36,971 nucleotides of DNA from Elusimicrobiota bacterium (lineage in GTDB: Bacteria > Elusimicrobiota > Elusimicrobia > UBA1565 > JACRDR01): NCBI GenBank assembly GCA_041694815.1, contig JBGFSC010000022.1, forward strand, positions 1-36,971. Direction: 5' to 3'. Shown in pieces: positions 28,423 to 36,607 of this stretch. A program made the translations under genes and the position numbers. Every line of letters starts with the position of its first letter. The first letter of the stretch is position 1. A model generated the notes under the pieces. That model did not search any database and was not told the origin of the DNA. It was given only the letters and a program-made list of their open reading frames with translations.

Positions 28423-28579
28423 CGGGTCAAATGCAGCAGTACGATTGGGTCTTTCGGGTAAAAAATACTAGGCCCAAAGACTGGACATAGTTGGGTCTGA
28501 TGCTCCTTTCGATAATCCGCCTCACAGGCCATCCTACTTTGGCAGGAGAGGAGGCAACCTCTCCAGGAGGCTACATAAT

Positions 28580-29407
28580 ATGAAAAAGAATCTTATTGTG
28601 GCATTAGGATTCGCTTTAAACTGTTTTGGAACCGCCTACAACCACGCCGCAGACATGGAAGAGATGAGCCTCAGCATAGGGGATCCGTCGGTCTCAGCGG
28701 CGACCGGCCTAAGCGGGATACGAATGTCCATAAGTCAACTCGTAGATCGGTACCGAGGTTGCTCGAGTTCCTGCCACCAAGAGAAAGTTCTCCAGTTCGG
28801 CCAGAAGGCGGACATGCGCCTGACAGAAGAGCGGCAAATCGCTCATCTGGTAGGTGACGGTCGAGTAGAACCCTACATCGTTCAGGCCCTGGCCCTGCTT
28901 CCTAATTTCGAGCCTGAGAAGTTTATTGCCGACATCCAAGATCCACGTTTAGCGCAGCTTGTCAGAAGCGCAGACGTCGTCAACACGCTATTTGCCATCG
29001 GCAACGGCATGGATCGAGTCAATCTGCCCTGGGGCAAGCATTTAGCGATCACGGTCAATCGGAAGGCCGAACAAGTAAATTTCGGCGCACTGGTACATGT
29101 CGGCACCATGGCGCGGGACGAAGTCGTCATTCAGGATAAGGAACATGCCGGGCCCTGGGCGCCGTACCAGACCGTGAGGCTATTGCGAGCGAGCGGCTTC
29201 AGTCAGGGCGACCCGCGGGCAATGACCAACGGTTACGAAAAAATGGTGCGGAATGCGCTAAGTCCCGATCGCATCATCGTCGAGCTCAGCATTAACGCTG
29301 ACAAACATAAGCAACTAATCCGCGCGACGTTTGATACGGCCACGGGCGAAGTGTTTGAACGATCCATCCAGGAAAAGGTGGACTACTGGCCCGGAGGTAC
29401 CTGGTAA
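28580..29407 (+). CDS. Secreted hypothetical protein
   Basis: AGGAGG ribosome-binding site; signal-like MKKNLIVALGFALNCFGTA. Confidence 0.7.
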   Translation: MKKNLIVALGFALNCFGTAYNHAADMEEMSLSIGDPSVSAATGLSGIRMSISQLVDRYRGCSSSCHQEKVLQFGQKADMRLTEERQIAHLVGDGRVEPYIVQALALLPNFEPEKFIADIQDPRLAQLVRSADVVNTLFAIGNGMDRVNLPWGKHLAITVNRKAEQVNFGALVHVGTMARDEVVIQDKEHAGPWAPYQTVRLLRASGFSQGDPRAMTNGYEKMVRNALSPDRIIVELSINADKHKQLIRATFDTATGEVFERSIQEKVDYWPGGTW

Positions 29408-29410
29408 AAA

Positions 29411-30067
29411 TTAGTTACCATAACGTCTCGATTCGACGAACCGAAGCCTCCGAGCGATTTCCGGATAACCAAATTTTTCCGCCATAAGTACGGCGTTTCG
29501 GCCGCCCTTATCCATCGCGCCGACCCTCGCGCCGCGGGATAGGAGGATATCCACCGCCTCGCGGCGCCCTTGGCGAGCGGCCAGCATCAAGGGCCGGTTA
29601 CCGTCGGAGTCCTTGGCCTCGATATCGGCTCCATTGTCGATCAGGAGCGCGATGATCGACTCCTGTCCCTTCAAGCACGCCCACATCAGCGGGGTCCAGC
29701 CCAGGCGGTCGCGCGTCTCGGTCCTGGCCCCATGCTTGAGCAGAATTCGCACCGCCTCGACGCGGCCCCAGCGCGCCGCGCTCGACAAGGCGGTTTGCAG
29801 CTCCCGGTTCTGCGCTTCCGGATCGGCTCCGGCCTTAAGCAGCGCTTCCACGGCCTCGCCGTGCCCCCGCGTAGCGGCCCAGAGAAGCGGGGTCCATCCG
29901 CCCTCGTCGCGGTAGGCGGGCGAGGCGCCACGGGCCAGCAGCTTTTTCACGGCTTTGGCGTCTCCGTTTTTGGCAGCCAATAACAAACGCCTGTCGGCCT
30001 GCATCTGGCAGGCGGCCAGGGCCACGGCGGCGGCCAAAAGACAGCAGCGGCCAACCCGGAAGGCCAT
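29411..30067 (-). CDS. Ankyrin-repeat lipoprotein
   Basis: Five to six ankyrin repeats (GWTPLLWAA, GWTPLMWAC, GNRPLMLAA); lipobox LAAC after ATG 30067. Confidence 0.85.
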   Translation of the reverse strand: MAFRVGRCCLLAAAVALAACQMQADRRLLLAAKNGDAKAVKKLLARGASPAYRDEGGWTPLLWAATRGHGEAVEALLKAGADPEAQNRELQTALSSAARWGRVEAVRILLKHGARTETRDRLGWTPLMWACLKGQESIIALLIDNGADIEAKDSDGNRPLMLAARQGRREAVDILLSRGARVGAMDKGGRNAVLMAEKFGYPEIARRLRFVESRRYGN

Positions 30068-30269
30068 CGAACAGCATTGTAGTTTAAAATGCGATATAAT
30101 TCTCGTCACGGAAGGGTGCGTGAGCGGTTGAAACGGCACGACTGGAAATCTGAAAACGCCCCTTCGGGCTTCGGCGAGCCCTCCAGTTCTCGTCGGAAGA
30201 CGTTGGTTGCCGTTGGGTCTCATCCTGCCTTTTGGACCCCAAAACACTACGTTAACACTACGCTAAGTA

Positions 30270-30443
30270 TTGCGCCGCGCCGGCGTTCGAGACCCCTTGC
30301 GGAGCCCTACCAGCAGGCGCGACGCATTTTCCTCTTTGTCCGTCTGCGATCCTATGCGGACGACGCGGGTCCGGAGGCTTTGGTCATTGCCTGGGCGCTG
30401 GCCCCGCATCCGTGGACGCGGGGCATCCGGCCGTCGCCGTGAG
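30270..30443 (-). ncRNA. Structured DGR RNA segment 3' of the TR (spacer-like)
   Basis: Minus-strand hairpins GCCCCGCGTC-CACG-GATGCGGGGC (30424-30401) and GGGCTCC-GCAA-GGGGTCT (30307-30290); their G-U pairs form only on the minus strand. Boundaries approximate. Confidence 0.55.
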
Positions 30444-30568
30444 CTCACAAGGCGGAAGCCGAGATTGTCGTTGCGGTTGCCGGGGTCGTCGTTGTTGCGC
30501 TGCGCCGACCGCAGGTTCCTGGCGTTGTTGTTCCAGGAGCCGCCACGAATAACCCGGTTCGAGCCTGT
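30444..30568 (-). repeat. DGR template repeat (TR)
   Basis: 125 bp, AAC-rich ([41 protein letters not shown] in the target frame); 106/125 identical to the VR. Confidence 0.97.
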
Positions 30569-31581
30569 AACGCCCCCAAACCCATTATATCACCAAGCGA
30601 ACGCCGCAGGCTCATGGTATCGGCGTGGACCGCGTGGCCCAATCGGCTTCTTAAAGAATCGACGGCGTCATTTTCGGACAATAGGCCGCAGGCCAGGCCT
30701 TCCGCGCTCCGCCTCAGCTCTCGGACCAGTCGCCGCTTGCCCGCATTATCCAAACGGATGAGCTTCGACCATAGGCGCAGACCGAGGAACGGAACGCCTT
30801 CCGACACAGGCGCAAGGACGGTCGCCCGAGATTTCAGCTCCAATTTCAGCTCATGCGCCAAGAACTGCCGAATCTGATCATGCGCCTCGCGCAAGAATCG
30901 CTTCGAGTCCGCGAAGCCCAGCAAATCGTCCATATAACGGAGATAGGCCGGCGCACGCAGACGCTCCTTTATAAAATGGTCCAGGGGTGAAAGATAGTGA
31001 TTGGCAAAATGCTGGCTCGTCAGATTGCCGATGGGTAGTCCCTTTCCCGGAAACGATCCCGGCGCGCCGTGATCGATGATCCGGTCCGTCAGCTCCAATA
31101 GGCGCGCGTCTTTGACGATGCGCCGCAAGACGGCCTTGAGCACATCGTGATCCAAGGTCTCGAAGAATTTGTGGATATCGAGCTTTAGGAAACGGCCGAA
31201 GCGCCGAGCAAAGCTTTGCGCCCGCTTGACTGCCGCATGGGAACCCTTGCCGGGCCGGCAGGCGTAGCTGTCGAAGATCGCGGCGCGCTCGAACAACGGC
31301 TCCAAGGCCGCGCACAAGGCATGATGGGCTACCCGGTCCCTAAAATCAGCGGCCGAGATCGTCCTTGCCTTAGGGTCGGAGATGTAAAACGTCCGATAGG
31401 GTCTCGGTCGATAGCTCCCGTCCAAGAGCTCACGTTGAAGGTTCAGAATTTCCCCCTCCAGGTGAAACCGGAAGGAAGCCGCGGATTGCGTCGCGCCTTT
31501 GCCACGTCCGGCGCGCTTGGCGGCGGCGAGCAAGGCTCCGAAATCCGCGACCTGTTCGAACAGATGCCCGGTTCGCTTCAT
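30445..31581 (-). CDS. DGR reverse transcriptase
   Basis: [44 protein letters not shown] (DGR-type SQ motif), YLRYMDD, GVPFLG. Confidence 0.96.
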   Translation of the reverse strand: MKRTGHLFEQVADFGALLAAAKRAGRGKGATQSAASFRFHLEGEILNLQRELLDGSYRPRPYRTFYISDPKARTISAADFRDRVAHHALCAALEPLFERAAIFDSYACRPGKGSHAAVKRAQSFARRFGRFLKLDIHKFFETLDHDVLKAVLRRIVKDARLLELTDRIIDHGAPGSFPGKGLPIGNLTSQHFANHYLSPLDHFIKERLRAPAYLRYMDDLLGFADSKRFLREAHDQIRQFLAHELKLELKSRATVLAPVSEGVPFLGLRLWSKLIRLDNAGKRRLVRELRRSAEGLACGLLSENDAVDSLRSRLGHAVHADTMSLRRSLGDIMGLGALQARTGLFVAAPGTTTPGTCGRRSATTTTPATATTISASAL

Positions 31582-31921
31582 CGGGCGCTTCGGCTGCGCA
31601 TCCAGCCGCCGATCATGCGTCCGGCCTCGTCGACGTTGCGGATGATATACTCAAAACCCCGATGGTCCAGATGACGCTCCTCGTGGCTAATCCTTAGAAG
31701 AACCCGCAGCTTTTCCAGGGACAGGCTCGCCTGCGACAGGGCGGTCGTCTTCTCCTTGGCGTAGCGGGCTTCGACTATTTTCTCGAGAACGTCGAGCGCT
31801 AGATTATCGATGCGAGAGGAAAGGGTGAAGCGCACCCGCTTGGGAAATTTCTCAGTGCGGGATAAAAGGTCGCGAAGCGTTTTTTCCCAATGGACGAAGA
31901 GGGGAGCTCGACGGCTGCCAC
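31578..31921 (-). CDS. avd: DGR accessory variability determinant Avd (four-helix bundle), apparent 1-nt frameshift near the 5' end
   Basis: PLFVHWEKTLRDLLSRTEKFPKRVRFTLSSRIDNLALDVLE...LEKLRVLLRIS...EAGRMIGGW; ATGA overlap with RT. The natural-looking start GTG 31921 (MAAVELP) is one base out of frame. Confidence 0.85.
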
Positions 31922-31924
31922 GAA

Positions 31925-32428
31925 TTACCCCCCCCCCATTTTCGGCGACAAAGCGGAGTTTTCCGAAGCCTGCGCCTCGGCCAGCTTCGTTAAAGCGGCC
32001 AAGAGTTCTTCGCCCCAGCGCTTGGATTTGGCCTCGCCGATGCCATCGATTTCCTGCAATTGCGCCAGGCTCGCCGGCCGTTTCATCGCCAGCTCGGCCA
32101 ATTCCCGGTTATTCAAGATGAGATAAGGCGGAATGCCTTCCTGCTTGGCCTTGCGGCCGCGCCACAGGCGCAGCTCGTCGTAAATGCTTTTGGCGGCCGG
32201 GTCCAGCTCCGCGCGCCAGTCCTTGCGCGGGGCATCGGAGGAGGAGCGCGCGTCGCCCGCCAGCTCTCGATATCGAAGGACCAACACCAGGGTCGGCGTC
32301 TTTTCGTGGACGAGGAAATGTTCCGAGACTTCGAGCACGTCCTTGCCGATTTGAAAATCGGAAAGCTCCGCGTCGCTAAAGCTCCCGGTCGCCGAATTCA
32401 TACGCAGGGTGAAGACCTTGAGTTTCAT
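31925..32428 (-). CDS. HRDC-domain DGR accessory protein
   Basis: YDELRLWR..KAKQEGIPPYLILNNRELAELA..RPASLAQLQEIDGIGEAKSKRWG; GAGGGG ribosome-binding site. Confidence 0.9.
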   Translation of the reverse strand: MKLKVFTLRMNSATGSFSDAELSDFQIGKDVLEVSEHFLVHEKTPTLVLVLRYRELAGDARSSSDAPRKDWRAELDPAAKSIYDELRLWRGRKAKQEGIPPYLILNNRELAELAMKRPASLAQLQEIDGIGEAKSKRWGEELLAALTKLAEAQASENSALSPKMGGG

Positions 32429-32454
32429 TTCCCCTCAACCTGCTTCGGTCGCTC

Positions 32455-32483
32455 GCCGGGCGCGGCTTACGCACGCGCCCGGC
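32455..32483 (-). other. GC-rich hairpin/cruciform downstream of the VR
   Basis: Perfect 10-bp stem GCCGGGCGCG/CGCGCCCGGC with a 9-nt loop containing GC-GTAA-GC, 62 nt after the target stop codon. Confidence 0.6.
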
Positions 32484-32545
32484 TCGCTCCCTCTATGCTA
32501 CCTCAAACAACGCGGACCAAGTGCCAAGAGTCCAAAGTCCAAGGG

Positions 32546-33487
32546 CTAACGGCTTGACCTCACAAGGCGGAAGCCGAGATCGTCGGAGCGGCGGCCGGGG
32601 CCGCCGTAGCGGCGCTGCGCCGACCGCAGGCCCCTGGCGACGTTGCCCCAGGAGCCGCCACGAAAAACCCGGGACGAGCCTGTCTTCTCATGAGCGCTGC
32701 CATCGGTCGGAGTGTCCTTGTAGGAAGCGTACTTATCTTGCACCCACTCCCAGACGTTGCCGTGCATGTCGTAGAGACCCAACGGATTCGGCTGCTTCGA
32801 AGCGACCGCATGGGTGCGGCCGTTCGAGTTGTCATAGAACCAGGCATGAGCGTCCAGGCCGGAGGCGTCCGCGCCAAACGAATAGCTCGACAGCGTTCCG
32901 CCACGCGCCGCGTATTCCCGCTCGGCCTCGCTTGGAAGCCGGTAGGTATATTTGTCCTGGATTTGGTTCAAGCGCTTGATGAACTGCTGCGCGTCATCCC
33001 AGGAAACCATCTCAACGGGATTATTGACGCAGAGCTCCACACCGAGAACCAGCTTATGCTCCTTATCGCCGCAGGCCTCCTTGGTCTTAAAGCTAGAAGG
33101 ATTGGCACCCATCACCAGGGCGTATTGAAGCTGGGTCACCGCGGTCGCCTGCATCTCGAAGCCCTTGCTCAGCGTGACGGCATGCTGGGTTTCATCGTCG
33201 AAGCGGCCTGCCTCATTATTAGGACTGCCCATGAGGAAAGAGCCGGGTCCCACGGCAATGAATTTAGCCGCGATCCCGATCTTGGCCGGGTTCAGCGCGG
33301 CCAAGGCATCGGCCTTGCTGATTCCCTGAGGCGCGCCCTGCGGGCGATTGGCCTTGGCGGCGGCCAGGGCGTCACGGACGTCCTTAGAAAGCCCCGCAGC
33401 CGCTCCCTCGAAGCTACCATCGCCGTTCGCTTGTCCTTTCGGAACAGCCAAGCAAAGAAGCCCGAGTACGACCCATAATCTTTTCAT
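32546..33487 (-). CDS. DGR target: secreted protein with FGE-sulfatase-like (C-type lectin fold) domain
   Basis: Signal peptide MKRLWVVLGLLCLAVPKGQA; FLMGSP, PVEMVSWDDA, YRLPSEAE, PNPLGLYDMHGNVWEW, RGGSW, LGFRLV; VR at the C-terminus. Confidence 0.94.
   Translation of the reverse strand: MKRLWVVLGLLCLAVPKGQANGDGSFEGAAAGLSKDVRDALAAAKANRPQGAPQGISKADALAALNPAKIGIAAKFIAVGPGSFLMGSPNNEAGRFDDETQHAVTLSKGFEMQATAVTQLQYALVMGANPSSFKTKEACGDKEHKLVLGVELCVNNPVEMVSWDDAQQFIKRLNQIQDKYTYRLPSEAEREYAARGGTLSSYSFGADASGLDAHAWFYDNSNGRTHAVASKQPNPLGLYDMHGNVWEWVQDKYASYKDTPTDGSAHEKTGSSRVFRGGSWGNVARGLRSAQRRYGGPGRRSDDLGFRLVRSSR
32559..32683 (-). repeat. DGR variable repeat (VR)
   Basis: 3' end of the target gene; differs from the TR at 19 positions, each a TR adenine. 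Confidence 0.97.
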
Positions 33488-33740
33488 CCCTTTATTCCTC
33501 CTGTCCGACAACCTTGCGCCCATGATACCGTGCGGCACGGCGCGTTGCCTGAGGCTTTGTACCTATCTATCCTCGGTTTTAGGGCCTACCCGAACCTGGG
33601 CCCAAAGTCCTATTTGTAGCTTAGCGGGAAAAGCCGCAGAGCGCCGCGAAAGACGGTTTCAAGAAAAATCTCTTACGTTTCCATGGAATCTTGAATTACA
33701 GAGCGGGGAGCTTGATGGCAAGTTGAAGCAAAAATATCGC

Positions 33741-33770
33741 TTGACTTAAATACGCAGTCTTATGTATAAT
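33741..33770 (+). promoter_or_regulatory. Sigma70-like promoter, probably leaderless
   Basis: TTGACT, 18-nt spacer, TATAAT; ATG 33779 follows after 8 nt with no Shine-Dalgarno. Confidence 0.65.
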
Positions 33771-33778
33771 TAATCCTG

Positions 33779-34552
33779 ATGGAGCATATCACCCAGCCTC
33801 GCCCGGATCCCAAGCGCAAGGACTTCTTTGATTATCGGAAGATCCGGGACATGCGCAATCATTATTTCGAGCAGCGCGGCTACGACAAGGAGCCCGAGAA
33901 GTTCTGGGTCCGCAGCGATCACTTCCTGCGTCTCTTCAACGAGGACTTCAAGCTTAAAGGCGACAAGGCTGTCAGCCGCCGCACCCTACAGTTCTACAGT
34001 TCCCCCCAATGGCGGCTCTTCCCCTTGCCGAAATACCTCAACCGCCACACCGCGCATTACCTCTTTCCGGACCATTACGAGCTGCTCGGCGCGATCTGGA
34101 CGATGCGCAGCAAGCTCTTCATGCCCATTGACATGATCCGCGCCATCCTCAAGATCGCCAGCCGCGATCTCTATCCTATGATCATGGATTGGGACGAGTC
34201 ACCGGACGCGCTGATCGACGCCGTCATGATGGACAAGCACGAGGAAATCGAGCCCGAGGAGTTCCACCTGTACCGCGCCTCCAAGGACCTTTTGGATGAC
34301 GGCTACCTCTTTACCCTAAAGCGCGACCATTCCGAGGCCGACGCCAAACGCGCCATGCTCAAGGAATTGGACAAGCAGTATGCGGCCATCAAGGAATGGA
34401 TCCAATCTGGCCGCGCCGGCGAGTTCCTCAATGCGCTGGCCGAGGGCCGCCGGGAGTTCACTGACGTACGCGAGCGCCTCGAATACATGACGGCCAAGGA
34501 GCGGGCGAAGGACACGGAAGCGGAGAAAGCCGAGGCCGAGGAGGAGGCTTGA
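33779..34552 (+). CDS. Putative MerR-like HTH regulator of the mobile element
   Basis: VSRRTLQFYSS..WRLFPLP...HTAHY....YELLGAIWTMRSKLFMPIDMIRAIL resembles a MerR winged HTH. Confidence 0.6.
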   Translation: MEHITQPRPDPKRKDFFDYRKIRDMRNHYFEQRGYDKEPEKFWVRSDHFLRLFNEDFKLKGDKAVSRRTLQFYSSPQWRLFPLPKYLNRHTAHYLFPDHYELLGAIWTMRSKLFMPIDMIRAILKIASRDLYPMIMDWDESPDALIDAVMMDKHEEIEPEEFHLYRASKDLLDDGYLFTLKRDHSEADAKRAMLKELDKQYAAIKEWIQSGRAGEFLNALAEGRREFTDVRERLEYMTAKERAKDTEAEKAEAEEEA

Positions 34553-34749
34553 ATTTTTTTGACATGAACCATGCAGTTAGCTGTCTATATAAAGCAAAAC
34601 AGGGTCAGGGGCGCGTACGCCACTGGCGCAGAAACTGGCGGAAACGTTGGTGGATCAGTCCGCCGCTGCATTCCGCCACCCGGAGGCATTGGAGAGGGCC
34701 GAATGCGGGCGAATAGGGCATTTTATCGCGGATTGCCCCGTTTCTCACC

Positions 34750-34800
34750 GAGGGGGAGGGGTCAGCACGCCAGTGGCGCGCGTGCTGACCCCTCCCCCTC
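34750..34800. repeat. Perfect 21-bp inverted repeat (candidate origin/oriT hairpin)
   Basis: GAGGGGGAGGGGTCAGCACGC-cagtggcgc-GCGTGCTGACCCCTCCCCCTC. Confidence 0.85.
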
Positions 34801-34863
34801 TACGTAATTTTTGGAAGAGCAGATTGCGGGGGTTGGTTCGAAACGGGGCAAAGGGAGGAGAAA

Positions 34864-36306
34864 TTGAACAAGGAAGAAGGGAAGGAAGAGATCAAATCAG
34901 TGGATGACGGTAATGGCGGTGGTATTGGGGTGATGGAGAAGAGGGCAGAAACAATGGAACCCGGAACCGAGGGGCTGACCGATAAGATGCTCGGGCTGCT
35001 AGTTAAGCTCTCGGAGTACGGCTACCTGACGATCGAGGAGATACGGTTCATTTATGGAAACGAGAGCCATGGCTACCGGGTCCTAAAGAGCCTGGCGCGG
35101 CAGGAGTTGGTCGCGACCTTCACGACCGGCCTAAAGCCCCGTCGCGCCTACTGCCTGACGGCGCGTGGCTACCGGCTGCTCGAGCAATTCGGCCGGCTTC
35201 GGGCCGGCAAAAGGTTCCAGCCGGCCGATTATAAGCAGTTCATTTGCGGGCATCGGCTGGCCTGCGCTAAGGCCGGACTGATCCTGGAAACCCATCCTTT
35301 AATTCAGGCTTACGCTCCCGAAAGCGTCCTTTGGGGCAAGCGGGAAAGAAACGATGAAAAGGTCTGTGACGCCGAGTTTTTATATGGCGAGGAGGGAATC
35401 CGCGTGGGGCTGGAGGTGGAGCTGACGCTCAAAAACACCGAACGCCTGGCCGAGTCCTTCCGTGATCTCGGCCAGCGGGACTTGGACCAGGTTTGGTGGC
35501 TTTGCGGGAACGAAAACATCCGGGAAGCGCTGATCAAGGCGGCTCAAAGGCGGTCCTGGGAGCTCACGCCACGGCATTTCTTTGGGATGATGGATGAGCT
35601 TTTGGAGAGGCGCCTAAGCCTTACGCTGTCCGATATCGATGGAACGGCCTTTACGATCGATCCTGCGAGAGCGGACCTGCCGACGGCTCCGCGGCTGGAG
35701 GCTCCCCCTCCCCAGCCGCAGGCCGCGGAGCCGGAGAGAAGGGAGATTTATTCAGCGCCTGAAATCCCGCCTAACGCGATCGCCGTAAGGCCGCCAGAAG
35801 TGGCGAAAGAAGAAGTCCATGTTATTTACCTCCAGGAGTTGGCCTGGAAAGGCTTTTGGGTCGCCATACTGACGATCATGGCTTTTTTCTTGTTGAGAAT
35901 TCCAATCATGGCATTCCATGACCGATGGGGCTGGTTGTTCACTTCCACGTATTGGATGGACGACTGGGTACGGCGGCCCGTGGATCGCCGGAACTTCAGC
36001 ATGGGTCCTTTAAAATTCGACTTGCTCTCGCTGGAACGTACGCGGCAATGGCATCGCCTGAGACTGCGAATCCGAAACGAATCGGATTCCCACTGCATTG
36101 TCGAATCCCTGCAGATCGTGGGTAGTAGCACCGATGCGATGTTTAGGGACCAAGAGGTATCCGAAGAACTGACGGCGGCGTTTCCATGGACCGGCAACGT
36201 AGTATTTTTCAAGCCGGTGACGGTCGATCGGATGAAGCTGCGGCTCAAAATAGGCGGTCCTGGCGAAGTCTGCCGCAGCGTCTTGATTCCGATTGACTTC
36301 CAATAG
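34864..36306 (+). CDS. Replication-relaxation (Replic_Relax)-like wHTH/PD-(D/E)XK protein with TM helix and C-terminal beta-rich domain
   Basis: YGYLTIEEI...AYCLTARG, HRLAC, CDAEF....RVGLEVELTLKNTERL; Pro-rich linker; TM segment GFWVAILTIMAFFLL; GGAGGAG ribosome-binding site. Confidence 0.6.
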   Translation: MNKEEGKEEIKSVDDGNGGGIGVMEKRAETMEPGTEGLTDKMLGLLVKLSEYGYLTIEEIRFIYGNESHGYRVLKSLARQELVATFTTGLKPRRAYCLTARGYRLLEQFGRLRAGKRFQPADYKQFICGHRLACAKAGLILETHPLIQAYAPESVLWGKRERNDEKVCDAEFLYGEEGIRVGLEVELTLKNTERLAESFRDLGQRDLDQVWWLCGNENIREALIKAAQRRSWELTPRHFFGMMDELLERRLSLTLSDIDGTAFTIDPARADLPTAPRLEAPPPQPQAAEPERREIYSAPEIPPNAIAVRPPEVAKEEVHVIYLQELAWKGFWVAILTIMAFFLLRIPIMAFHDRWGWLFTSTYWMDDWVRRPVDRRNFSMGPLKFDLLSLERTRQWHRLRLRIRNESDSHCIVESLQIVGSSTDAMFRDQEVSEELTAAFPWTGNVVFFKPVTVDRMKLRLKIGGPGEVCRSVLIPIDFQ

Positions 36307-36356
36307 GAGGTGAGAGAAAACAAGCGACCCAAAAAATTCACGCCAAGGAGGCGAAC

Positions 36357-36590
36357 TTGAACGAAAAGCGGTACATGGACGTCGGGGAATTGTCGGACTA
36401 TCTGGGAATCTCGAAATGGCTGATCTACAAATACGTCAAGAACCGGGAGATTCCCTTCATCCCCTTCGGCCGGCTGGTCCGGTTCGATCGCGTCGTAGTC
36501 GAGAAGTGGGCGGAAAAGAAAATGGTGCGCGGCTGGTGCGGTTCGAGGACGCGCGAGAGCAGTTTTGTTGCCGCCGCCGACTCAAACTAG
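36357..36590 (+). CDS. Excisionase-type helix-turn-helix protein (HTH_17)
   Basis: YMDVGELSDYLGISKWLIYKYVKNREIPFIPFGRLVRFDR; AAGGAGG ribosome-binding site. Confidence 0.88.
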   Translation: MNEKRYMDVGELSDYLGISKWLIYKYVKNREIPFIPFGRLVRFDRVVVEKWAEKKMVRGWCGSRTRESSFVAAADSN

Positions 36591-36607
36591 TAAAATCGGA
36601 GGATTCC

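Larger units (their letters stand above)
30270..33487 (-). mobile_element. Diversity-generating retroelement (target-HRDC-avd-RT-TR)
   Basis: DGR-type RT, Avd, HRDC, and a TR/VR pair with adenine-only mismatches. Confidence 0.97.

Noticed and set aside
30445..31581. RT as a group II intron, retron or Abi RT
   Set aside because: The GNLTSQ motif, adjacent avd and adenine-specific TR/VR pair identify a DGR RT.
32560..32904. ORF ending ...TISASAL like the RT C-terminus
   Set aside because: It is the VR read in the alternative frame inside the target gene, a by-product of TR/VR identity.
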